Assembly: GCA_964016885.1 (NCBI GenBank)
Contig: CAXHJY010001472.1
Coordinates: 992,001-1,056,000, forward strand
Direction of reading: 5' to 3'
DNA length: 64,000 bases
Source: Eledone cirrhosa
Lineage: Eukaryota
Below are positions 39,201 to 52,100 of the stretch, piece by piece; within the stretch, counting starts at the first letter, position 1, and every line of letters starts with the position of its first letter. The notes under the pieces are model-generated. The model saw only the letters and a list, made by a program, of their open reading frames with translations, was not told the DNA's origin and searched no databases. The translations under genes and the position numbers were made by a program.

Positions 39201-42200
39201 GGACACTGGAAATTATAGCCCCTTGGAGGGCTGGAAATTATCTTCCCTTGGACGGCTGGAAATTATCTCCCCTTGATTTTTTTACAAATTATCTGCCCCT
39301 GATTTTTTTTTACAAATTATCTCCCCCTGATTTTTTTTTACAAATTATCTACCCCTGATTTTTTTTACAAATTATCTCCCCCTGATTTTTTTTTTACAAA
39401 TTATCTCCCCCTGATTTTTTTAAAAATGATCTCCCCTTGGACGGCTGGAAATGATCTCCCCTTGGCTGGTTGGAAATTATCTCCCCTTGGACCGCTAGAA
39501 ATTATCTCTCCTTGGACGGCTGGAAATTATTTCCCCTTGATTTTTTTTACAAATCTCCCCCTAATTTAAAAAAAAATTATCTCCCCTTCGCTGGCTGGAA
39601 ATTATCTCCCTTTGGACGGCTGGAAATTATAGTCCCTTGTAGGGCTGGAAATTATCTCCCCTTGGACGGCTGGAAATTATCTCCCCTTGATTTTTTTTAC
39701 AAATTATCTCCCCCTGATTTTTTTAAAAATGATCTCCCCTTGGACGGCTGGAAATGATCTCCCCTTGGCTGGTTGGAAATTATCTCCCCTTGGACCGCTA
39801 GAAATTATCTCTCCTTGGATGGCTGGAAATTATCTCCCCTTGATTTTTCTACAAATTATCTCCCCCTGATTTTTTTTACAAATCTCCCAGTGATTTTTAA
39901 AAAAAATTTTCTCCCCTTCGCTGGCTGGAAATTATCTCCCCTTGGACGCTGGAAATTATAGCCCCTTGGAAGGCTGGAAATTATCTTCCCTTGGACGGCT
40001 GGAAATTATCTCCCCTTGATTTTTTTTTACAAATTATCTCCCCCTGATTTTTTTTTTACAAATTATCTCCCCCTGATTTTTTTTAACAAATTATCTCCGC
40101 CTGATTTTTTTAAAAAAATTATCTCCCCTTGGACGGCTGGAAATTATCTCCCCTTGGACGGCTGGAAATTATCTCCCCTTGGACGGCTAGAAATTACCTC
40201 TCCTTGGACGGCTGAAAATTATCTCCCCTTGGACGGCTGCAAATTATCTCCCCTTGATTTTTTTTACAAATTATCTCCCCTTGATTTTTTTTTACAAATT
40301 ATCTCCCCCTGATTTTTTTTACAAATTATCTTCCCTTGGACGGCTGGAAATTATCTCCCCTTGGAAGGATGGAAATTATCTCCCCTTGGACGGCTGGAAA
40401 TTATCTCCCCTTGCACGGCTGGAAATTATCTCCCCTTGGACAGCTGGAAATTATCTGCCCTTGATTTTGTTTTTACAAATTATCTCCCCCTGATTTTTTT
40501 TACAAATTATCTCCACCTGATTTTTTTAAAAATTATCTCCCCTTGGACGGCTGGAAATTATCTCCCCTTGGCTGGAAATTATCTCCCCTTGGACGGCTAG
40601 AAATTATCTCTCTTTGGACGGCTGGAAATTATCTCCCTTTGATTTTTTTAACAAATTATCTCCCTCTGATTTTTTTTACAAATCTCCCACTGATTTTTTT
40701 AAAAAAATTATCTCCCCTTCGCTGGCTGGAAATTATCTCCCCTTGGACACTGGAAATTATAGCCCCCTGGAGGGCTGGAAATTATCTTCCCTTGGACGGC
40801 TGGAAATTATCTCCCCTTGATTTTTTTTACAAATTATCTCCCCCTGATTTTTTTTTACAAATTATCTCCCCCTGATTTTTTTTACAAATTATCTCCCCCT
40901 GATTTTTTTTTACAAATTATCTCCCCCTGATATTTTTTTTACAAATTATCTCCGCCTGATTTTTTAAAAAAAATTATCTCCCCTTGGACGGCTGGAAATT
41001 ATCTCCCCTTGGACGGCTGGAAATTATCTCCCCTTGGACGGCTAGAAATTACCTCTCCTTGGACGGCTGAAAATTATCTCCCCTTGGACGGCTGCAAATT
41101 ATCTCCCCTTGATTTTTTTTACAAATTATCTCCCCCTGATTTTTTTTTTACAAATTATCTCCCCCTGATTTTTTTTTTACAAATCTCCGCCCGATTTTTA
41201 AAAAAAATTATCTCCCCTTGGACGGCTGGAAATTATCTCCCCTTGGACGGCTGGAAATTATCTTCCCTTGGACGGCTAGAAATTACCTCTCCTTGGACGG
41301 CTGAAAATTATCTCCCCTTGGACGGCTGGAAATTATCTCCCCTTGATTTTTTTACAAATTATCTGCCCCTGATTTTTTTTTTACAAATTATCTCCCCCTG
41401 ATTTTTTTAAAAATGATCTCCCCTTGGACGGCTGGAAATGATCTCCCCTTGGCTGGTTGGAAATTATCTCCCCTTGGACCGCTAGAAATAATCTCTCCTT
41501 GGACGGCTGGAAATTATCTCCCCTTGATTTTTTTTACAAATCTCCCCCTAATTTAAAAAAAAATTATCTCCCCTTCGCTGGCTGGAAATTATCTCCCTTT
41601 GGACGGCTGGAAATTATAGCCCCTTGTAGGGCTGGAAATTATCTCCCCTTGGACGGCTGGAAATTATCTCCCCTTGATTTTCTTTACAAATTATCTCCCC
41701 CTGACTTTTTAAAAAATGATCTCCCCTTGGACGGCTGGAAATGATCTCCCCTTGGCTGGTTGGAAATTTTCTCCCCTTGGACCGCTAGAAATTATCTCTC
41801 CTTGGACGGCTGGAAATTATCTCCCCTTGATTTTTTTACAAATTATCTCCCCCTGATTTTTTTTACAAATCTCCCAGTGATTTTTTAAAAAAATTATCTC
41901 CCCTTCGCTGGCTGGAAATTATCTCCCCTTGGACGCTGGAAATTATAGCCCCTTGGAGGGCTGGAAATTATCTTCCCTTGGACGGCTGGAAATTATCTCC
42001 CCTTGATTTTTTTTACAAATTATCTCCCCCTGATTTTTTTTTACAAATTATCTCCCCCTGATTTTTTTTACAAATTATCTCCCCCTGATTTTTTTAAACA
42101 AATTATCTCCCCTTGGACGGCTGGAAATTATCTCCCCTTGGACGGCTGGAAATTATCTCCCCTTGGACGGCTAGAAATTACCTCTCCTTGGGCAGCTGAA

Positions 42201-45200
42201 AATTATCTCCCCTTGGACGGCTGCAAATTATCTCCCCTTGATTTTTTTTACAAATTATCTCCCCTTGATTTTTTTTTACAAATTATCTCCCCCTGATTTT
42301 TTTTACAAATTATCTCCCCCTGATTTTTTTTTACAAATTATCTCCCCCTGATTTTTTTTACAAAATATCTCCCCCTGATTTTTTTACAAATTATCTCCCC
42401 CTGATTTTTTTTACAATCTCCGCCTGATTTTTTAAAAAATTATCTTGCCTTGGCTGGCTGGAAATTATCTCCCCTTGGACGGCTGGAAATTATCTCCCCT
42501 TGGAAGGATGGAAATTATCTCCCCTTGGACGGCTGGAAATTATCTCCCCTTGCACGGCTGGAAATTATCTCCCCTTGGACAGCTGGAAATTATCTGCCCT
42601 TGATTTTGTTTTTACAAATTATGTTCCCCTGATTTTTTTTACAAATTATCTCCACCTGATTTTTTAAAAAATTATCTCCCCTTGGACGGCTGGAAATTAT
42701 CTCCCCTTGGTTGGAAATTATCTCCCCTTGGACGGCTAGAAATTATCTCTGTTTGGACGGCTGGAAATTATCTCCCTTTGATTTTTTTAACAAATTATCT
42801 CCCTCTGATTTTTTTTACAAATCTCCCCCTGATTTTTTTAAAAAAATTATCTCCCCTTCGCTGGCTGGAAATTATCTCCCCTTGGACACTGGAAATTATA
42901 GCCCCCTGGAGGGCTGGAAATTATCTTCCCTTGGACGGCTGGAAATTATCTCCCCTTGATTTTTTTTACAAATTATCTCCCCCTGATTTTTTTTTTACAA
43001 ATTATCTCCCCCTGATTTTTTTTACAAATTATCTCCCCCTGATTTTTTTACAAATTATCTCCGCCTGATTTTTTTAAAAATTATCTTCCCTTGGCTGGCG
43101 GGAAATTATCTCCCCTTGGACGGCTGGAAATTATCTCCCCTTGGAAGGATGGAAATTATCTCCCCTTGGACAGCTGGAAATTATCTCCCCTTGGACGGCT
43201 GAAAATTATCTCCCCTTGATTTTTTTTTTACAAATTATCTCCCCCTGATTTTTTTTTACAAATTATCTCCCCCTGATTTTTTTTTTACAAATTATCTCTC
43301 CCTGATTTTTTTTTACAAATATCTCCCCTTGGCTGGCTGGAAATTATCTCCCCTTGGACGGTTGGAAATTATCTCCCCTTGGACGGCTGGAAATTATCTC
43401 CCCTTGGACGGCTGGAAATTATCTCCTCTTGGACGGCTGGAAATTATCTCCCCTTGGACGGCTGGAAATTATCTGCCCTTGATTTTTTTTTACAAATTAT
43501 CTCCCCCTGATTTTTTTAAAAATGATCTCCCCTTGGACGGCTGGAAATGATCTCCCCTTGGCTGGTTGGAAATTATCTCCCCTTGGACCGCTAGAAATTA
43601 TCTCTCCTTGGACGGCTGGAAATTATCTCCCCTTGATTTTTTTACAAATTATCTCGTCCTGATTTTTTTTACAAATCTCCCAGTGATTTTTAAAAAAAAA
43701 TTATCTCCCCTTCGCTGGCTGGAAATTATCTCACCTTGGACGCTGGAAATTATAGCCCCTTGGAGGGCTGGAAATTATCTTCACTTGGACGGCTGGAAAT
43801 TACCTCCCCTTGATTTTTTTTACAAATTATCTCCCCCTGATTTTTTTTTACAAATTATCTCCCCCGGATTTTTTTTTATAAATTATCTCCCCCTGATTTT
43901 TTTTAACAAATTATCTCCGCCTGATTTTTAAAAAAAAATTATCTCCCCTTAGACGGCTGGAAATTATCTCCCCTTGGACGGCTGGAAATTATCTCCCCTT
44001 GGACGGCTAGAAATTGGACGGCTGAAAATTATCTCCCCTTGGACGGCTGCAAATTATCTCCCCTTGATTTTTTTTACAAATTATCTCCCCCTGATTTTTT
44101 TTTACAAATTATCTCCCCCTGATTTTTTTTTACAAATTATCTCCCCCTGATTTTTTTTTACAAATTATCTACCCCTGATTTTTTTTTACAAATTATCTCC
44201 CCCTGATTTTTTTTTACAAATTATCTCCCCCTGATTTTTTTTTTACAAATTATCTCCCCCTGATTTTTTTACAAATTATCTCCCCCTGATTTTTTTTACA
44301 ATCTCCGCCTGATTTTTTAAAAAATGATCTCCCCTTGGACGGCTGGAAATGATCTCCCCTTGGCTGGTTGGAAATTATCTCCCCTTGGACCGCTAGAAAT
44401 TATCTCTCCTTGGACGGCTGGAAATTATCTCCCCTTGATTTTTTTACAAATTATCTCCCCCTGATTTTTTTTACAAATCTCCCAGTGATTTTTAAAAAAA
44501 AATTATCTCCCCTTCGCTGGCTGGAAATTATCTCCCCTTGGACGCTGGAAATTATAGCCCCCTTGGAGGGCTGGAAATTATCTTCCCTTGGACGGCTGGA
44601 AATTATCTCCCCTTGATTTTTTTTACAAATTATCTCCCCCTGATTTTTTTTTACAAATTATCTCCGCCTGATTTTTAAAAAAAAATTATCTCCCCTTGGA
44701 CGGCTGGAATTATCTCCCCTTGGACGGCTGGAAATTATCTCCCCTTGGACGGCTAGAAATTACCTCTCCTTGGACGGCTGAAAATTATCTCCCCTTGGAC
44801 GGCTGCAAATTATCTCCCCTTGATTTTTTTTACAAATTATCTCCCCCTGATTTTTTTTTACAAATTATCTACCCCTGATTTTTTTTACAAATTATCTCCC
44901 CCTGATTTTTTTTTACAAATTATCTCCCCCTGATTTTTTTTTACAAATTATCTCCCCCTGATTTTTTTACAAATTATCTCCCCCTGATTTTTTTTACAAT
45001 CTCCGCCTGATTTTTTAAAAAATAATCTTCCCTTGGCTGGCGGGAAATTATCTCCCCTTGGACGGCTGGAAATTATCTCCCCTTGGAAGGATAGAAATTA
45101 TCTCCCCTTGGACGGCTGGAAATTATCTCCCCTTGCACGGCTGGAAATTATCTCCCCTTGGACAGCTGGAAATTATCTGCCCTTGATTTTGTTTTTACAA

Positions 45201-47500
45201 ATTATCTCCCCCTGATTTTTTTTACAAATTATCTCCACCTGATTTTTTAAAAAATTATCTCCCCTTGGACGGCTGGAAATTATCTCCCCTTGGCTGGAAA
45301 TTATCTCCCCTTGGACGGCTAGAAATTATCTCTCTTTGGACGGCTGGAAATTATCTCCCTTTGATTTTTTTTACAAATTATCTCCCTCTGATTTTTTTTA
45401 CAAATCTCCCCCTGATTTTTAAAAAAAAATTATCTCCCCTTCGCTGGCTGGAAATTATCTCCCCTTGGACACTGGAAATTATAGCCCCTTGGAGGGCTGG
45501 AAATTATCTTCCCTTGGACGGCTGGAAATTATCTCCCCTTGATTTTTTTTACAAATTATCTCCCCCTGATATTTTTTTTACAAATTATCTCCCCCTGATT
45601 TTTTTACAAATTATCTCCCCCTGATTTTTTTTACAAATTATCTCCGCCTGATTTTTTTAAATATTATCTTCCCTTGGCTGGCGGGAAATTATCTCCCCTT
45701 GGACGGTTGGAAATTATCTCCCCTTGCACTGCTGGAAATTATCTCCCCTTGGACGGCTGGAAATTATCTCCCCTTGCACGGCTGGAAATTATCATCCCCT
45801 TGGACGGCTGAAAATTATCTCCCCTTGATTTTTTTTACAAATTATCTGCCCCTGATTTTTTTTTACAAATTATCTCCCCCTGATTTTTTTTACAAATTAT
45901 CTCCGCCTGATTTTTAAAAAAAAATTATCTCCCCTTAGACGGCTGGAAATTATCTCCCCTTGGACGGCTGGAAATTATCTCCCCTTGGACGGCTAGAAAT
46001 TGGACGGCTGAAAATTATCTCCCCTTGGACGGCTGCAAATTATCTCCCCTTGATTTTTTTTACAAATTATCTCCCCCTGATTTTTTTTTACAAATTATCT
46101 CCCCCTGATTTTTTTTTTACAAATTATCTCCCCCTGATTTTTTTACAAATTATCTCCCCCTGATTTTTTTTACAATCTCCGCCTGATTTTTTAAAAAATT
46201 ATCTTCCCTTGGCTGGCGGGAAATTATCTCCCCTTGGACGGCTGGAAATTATCTCCCCTTGGCTGGAAATTATCTCCCCTTTGACACTGGAAATTATGGC
46301 CCCTTGGAGGGCTGGAAATTATCTTCCCTTGAACGGCTGGAAATTATCTCCCCTTGATTTTTTTACAAATTATCTGCCCCTGATTTTTTTTTACAAATTA
46401 TCTCCCCCTGATTTTTTTTTACAAATTATCTACCCCTGATTTTTTTTACAAATTATCTCCCCCTGATTTTTTTTTTACAAATTATCTCCCCCTGATTTTT
46501 TTAAAAATGATCTCCCCTTGGACGGCTGGAAATGATCTCCCCTTGGCTGGTTGGAAATTATCTCCCCTTGGACCGCTAGAAATTATCTCTCCTTGGACGG
46601 CTGGAAATTATTTCCCCTTGATTTTTTTTACAAATCTCCCCCTAATTTAAAAAAAAATTATCTCCCCTTCGCTGGCTGGAAATTATCTCCCTTTGGACGG
46701 CTGGAAATTATAGCCCCTTGTAGGGCTGGAAATTATCTCCCCTTGGACGGCTGGAAATTATCTCCCCTTGATTTTTTTTACAAATTATCTCCCCCTGATT
46801 TTTTTAAAAATGATCTCCCCTTGGACGGCTGGAAATGATCTCCCCTTGGCTGGTTGGAAATTATCTCCCCTTGGACCGCTAGAAATTATCTTTCCTTGGA
46901 TGGCTGGAAATTATCTCCCCTTGATTTTTCTACAAATTATCTCCCCCTGATTTTTTTTACAAATCTCCCAGTGATTTTTAAAAAAAATTTTCTCCCCTTC
47001 GCTGGCTGGAAATTATCTCCCCTTGGACGCTGGAAATTATAGCCCCTTGGAAGGCTGGAAATTATCTTCCCTTGGACGGCTGGAAATTATCTCCCCTTGA
47101 TTTTTTTTACAAATTATCTCCCCCTGATTTTTTTTTTTACAAATTATCTCCCCCTGATTTTTTTTAACAAATTATCTCCGCCTGATTTTTTTAAAAAAAT
47201 TATCTCCCCTTGGACGGCTGGAAATTATCTCCCCTTGGACGGCTAGAAATTACCTCTCCTTGGACGGCTGAAAATTATCTCCCCTTGGACGGCTGCAAAT
47301 TATCTCCCCTTGATTTTTTTTACAAATTATCTCCCCTTGATTTTTTTTTATAAATTATCTCCCCCTGATTTTTTTTACAAATTATCTTCCCTTGGACGGC
47401 TGGAAATTATCTCCCCTTGGAAGGATGGAAATTATCTCCCCTTGGACGGCTGGAAATTATCTCCCCTTGCACGGCTGGAAATTATCTCCCCTTGGACAGC
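30370..47500. repeat. Domain with the canonical ~7,084-bp HOR period (~2.4 copies)
   Basis: Offsets: 30865/37950/45033, 32385/39470/46551, 34373/41457, 35366/42450, 36482/43566 (7081-7085). Confidence 0.92.
36438..43521. repeat. Reference full-length HOR unit (7,084 bp)
   Basis: Runs from the ATGATC cassette start at 36438 to the equivalent at 43522. Contains nine CTTCGCTGGCTGG cassettes and three GATTTTGTTTT cassettes. Confidence 0.9.
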
Positions 47501-49039
47501 TGGAAATTATCTGCCCTTGATTTTTTTTTACAAATTATCTCCCCCTGATTTTTTTTTACAAATTATCTCCCCCTGATTTTTTTTTTACAAATTATCTCCG
47601 CCTGATTTTTTTTTTAAATTATCTCCCCTTGGACGGCTGGAAATTATCTCCCCTTGGACGGCTGGAAATTATCTTCCCTTGGACGGCTAGAAATTACCTC
47701 TCCTTGGACGGCTGAAAATTATCTCCCCTTGGACGGCTGGAAATTATCTCCCCTTGATTTTTTTACAAATTATCTGCCCCTGATTTTTTTTTACAAATTA
47801 TCTCCCCCTGATTTTTTTTTACAAATTATCTCCCCCTGATTTTTTTTTACTAATTATCTCCCCCTGATTTTTTTTTTACAAATTATCTCCCCCTGATTTT
47901 TTTACAAATTATCTCCCCCTGATTTTTTTTACAATCTCCGCCTGATTTTTTAAAAAATTATCTTCCCTTGGCTGGCGGGAAATTATCTCCCCTTGGACGG
48001 CTGGAAATTATCTCCCCTTGGCTGGAAATTATCTCCCCTTGGACACTGGAAATTATAGCCCCTTGGAGGGCTGGAAATTATCTTCCCTTGGACGGCTGGA
48101 AATTATCTCCCCTTGATTTTTTTACAAATTATCTGCCCCTGATTTTTTTTTTACAAATTATCTCCCCCTGATTTTTTTTTACAAATTATCTACCCCTGAT
48201 TTTTTTTACAAATTATCTCCCCCTGATTTTTTTTTTACAAATTATCTCCCCCTGATTTTTTAAAAAATGATCTCCCCTTGGACGGCTGGAAATGATCTCC
48301 CCTTGGCTGGCTGGAAATTATCTCCCCTTGGACCGCTAGAAATTATCTCTCCTTGGACGGCTGGAAATTATTTCCCCTTGATTTTTTTTACAAATCTCCC
48401 CCTAATTTAAAAAAAAATTATCTCCCCTTCGCTGGCTGGAAATTATCTCCCTTTGGACGGCTGGAAATTATAGCCCCTTGTATGGCTGGAAATTATCTCC
48501 CCTTGGACGGCTGGAAATTATCTCCCCTTGATTTATTTTACAAATTATCTCCCCCTGATTTTTTTAAAAATGATCTCCCCTTGGACGGCTGGAAATGATC
48601 TCCCCTTGGCTGGTTGGAAATTATCTCCCCTTGGACCGCTAGAAATTATCTCTCCTTGGATGGCTGGAAATTATCTCCCCTTGATTTTTTTACAAATTAT
48701 CTCCCCCTGATTTTTTTACAAATCTCCCAGTGATTTTTAAAAAAAATTTTCTCCCCTTCGCTGGCTGGAAATTATCTCCCCTTGGACGCCGGAAATTATA
48801 GCCCCTTGGAAGGCTGGAAATTATCTTCCCTTGGACGGCTGGAAATTATCTCCCCTTGATTTTTTTTACAAATTATCTCCCCCTGATTTTTTTTTTACAA
48901 ATTATCTCCCCCTGATTTTTTTTAACAAATTATCTCCGCCTGATTTTTTTAAAAAAATTATCTCCCCTTGGACGGCTGGAAATTATCTCCCCTTGGACGG
49001 CTGGAAATTATCTCCCCTTGGACGGCTAGAAATTACCTC

Positions 49040-52000
49040 TCCTTGGACGGCTGAAAATTATCTCCCCTTGGACGGCTGCAAATTATCTCCCCTTGATTTT
49101 TTTTACAAATTATCTCCCCTTGATTTTTTTTTACAAATTATCTCCCCCTGATTTTTTTTACAAATTATCTTCCCTTGGACGGCTGGAAATTATCTCCCCT
49201 TGGAAGGATGGAAATTATCTCCCCTTGGACGGCTGGAAATTATCTCCCCTTGCACGGCTGGAAATTATCTCCCCTTGGACAGCTGGAAATTATCTGCCCT
49301 TGATTTTGTTTTTACAAATTATCTCCCCCTGATTTTTTTTACAAATTATCTCCACCTGATTTTTTTAAAAATTATCTCCCCTTGGATGGCTGGAAATTAT
49401 CTCCCCTTAGCTGGAAATTATCTCCCCTTGGACGGCTAGAAATTATCTCTCTTTGGACGGCTGGAAATTATCTCCCTTTGATTTTTTTAACAAATTATCT
49501 CCCTCTGATTTTTTTTACAAATCTCCCCCTGATTTTTTTAAAAAAATTATCTCCCCTTCGCTGGCTGGAAATTATCTCCCCTTGGACACTGGAAATTATA
49601 GCCCCCTGGAGGGCTGGAAATTATCTTCCCTTGGACGGTTGGAAATTATCTCCCCTTGATTTTTTTTACAAATTATCTCCCCCTGATTTTTTTTTACAAA
49701 TTATCTCCCCCTGATATTTTTTACAAATTATCTCCCCCTGATTTTTTTTTACAAATTATCTCCCCCTGATATTTTTTTTACAAATTATCTCCGCCTGATT
49801 TTTTTAAAAAAATTATCTCCCCTTGGACGGCTGGAAATTATCTCCCCTTGGACGGCTGGAAATTATCTCCCCTTGGACGGCTAGAAATTACCTCTCCTTG
49901 GACGGCTGAAAATTATCTCCCCTTGGACGGCTGCAAATTATCTCCCCTTGATTTTTTTTACAAATTATCTCCCCCTGATTTTTTTTTTACAAACTCCGCC
50001 TGATTTTCAAAAAAAATTATCTCCCCTTGGACGGCTGGAAATTATCTCCCCTTGGACGGCTGGAAATTATCTTCCCTTGGACGGCTAGAAATTACCTCTC
50101 CTTGGACGGCTGAAAATTATCTCCCCTTGGACGGCTGGAAATTATCTCCCCTTGATTTTTTTACAAATTATCTGCCCCTGATTTTTTTTTTACAAATTAT
50201 CTCCCCCTGATTTTTTTAAAAATGATCTCCCCTTGGACGGCTGGAAATGATCTCCCCTTGGCTGGTTGGAAATTATCTCCCATTGGACCGCTAGAAATAA
50301 TCTCTCCTTGGACGGCTGGAAATTATCTCCCCTTGATTTTTTTTACAAATCTCCCCCTAATTTTAAAAAAAATTATCTCCCCTTCGCTGGCTGGAAATTA
50401 TCTCCCTTTGGACGGCTGGAAATTATAGCCCCTTGTAGGGCTGGAAATTATCTCCCCTTGGACGGCTGGAAATTATCTCCCCTTGATTTTCTTTACAAAT
50501 TATCTCCCCCTGACTTTTTTAAAAATGATCTCCCCTTGGCCGGCTGGAAATGATCTCCCCTTGGCTGGTTGGAAATTTTCTCCCCTTGGACGGCTGAAAA
50601 TTATCTCCCCTTGGACGGCTGCAAATTATCTCCCCTTGATTTTTTTTACAAATTATCTCCCCTTGATTTTTTTTTACAAATTATCTCCCCCTGATTTTTT
50701 TTACAAATTATCTTCCCTTGGACGGCTGGAAATTATCTCCCCTTGGAAGGATGGAAATTATCTCCCCTTGGACGGCTGGAAATTATCTCCCCTTGCACGG
50801 CTGGAAATTATCTCCCCTTGGACAGCTGGAAATTATCTGCCCTTGATTTTGTTTTTACAAATTATCTCCCCCTGATTTTTTTTACAAATTATCTCCACCT
50901 GATTTTTTTAAAAATTATCTCCCCTTGGACGGCTGGAAATTATCTCCCCTTGGCTGGAAATTATCTCCCCTTGGACGGCTAGAAATTATCTCTCTTTGGA
51001 CGGCTGGAAATTATCTCCCTTTGATTTTTTTAACAAATTATCTCCCTCTGATTTTTTTTTACAAATCTCCCCCTGATTTTTTTAAAAAAATTATCTCCCC
51101 TTCGCTGGCTGGAAATTATCTCCCCTTGGACACTGGAAATTATAGCCCCCTGGAGGGCTGGAAATTATCTTCCCTAGGACGGCTGGAAATTATCTCCCCT
51201 TGATTTTTTTTACAAATTATCTCCCCCTGATTTTTTTTTACAAATTATCTCCCCCTGATATTTTTTTACAAATTATCTCCGCCTGATTTTTTTAAAAAAA
51301 TTATCTCCCCTTGGACGGCTGGAAATTATCTCCCCTTGGACGGCTGGAAATTATCTCCCCTTGGACGGCTAGAAATTACCTCTCCTTGGACGGCTGAAAA
51401 TTATCTCCCCTTGGACGGCTGCAAATTATCTCCCCTTGATTTTTTTTACAAATTATCTCCCCCTGATTTTTTTTTTACAAATTGTCCCCCTGATTTTTTT
51501 TTTACAAATCTCCGCCTGATTTTTAAAAAAAATTATCTCCCCTTGGACGGCTGGAAATTATCTCCCCTTGGACGGCTGGAAATTATCTTCCCTTGGACGG
51601 CTAGAAATTACCTCTCCTTGGACGGCTGAAAATTATCTCCCCTTGGACGGCTGGAAATTATCTCCCCTTGATTTTTTTACAAATTATCTGCCCCTGATTT
51701 TTTTTTTACAAATTATCTCCCCCTGATTTTTTTAAAAATGATCTCCCCTTGGACGGCTGGAAATGATCTCCCCTTGGCTGGTTGGAAATTATCTCCCCTT
51801 GGACCGCTAGAAATAATCTCTCCTTGGACGGCTGGAAATTATCTCCCCTTGATTTTTTTTACAAATCTCCCCCTAATTTAAAAAAAAATTATCTCCCCTT
51901 CGCTGGCTGGAAATTATCTCCCTTTGGACGGCTGGAAATTATAGCCCCTTGTAGGGCTGGAAATTATCTCCCCTTGGACGGCTGGAAATTATCTCCCCTT

Positions 52001-52100
52001 GATTTTTTTTACAAATTATCTCCCCCTGACTTTTTTAAAAATGATCTCCCCTTGGACGGCTGGAAATGATCTCCCCTTGGCTGGTTGGAAATTTTCTCCC
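49040..52100. repeat. Internal ~1.52-1.54-kb tandem duplication
   Basis: Offsets 49200/50743 (1543) and 50266/51782 (1516). The junction GGAAATTTTCTCCCCTTGGACGGCTGAAAA is at ~50571. Confidence 0.8.
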
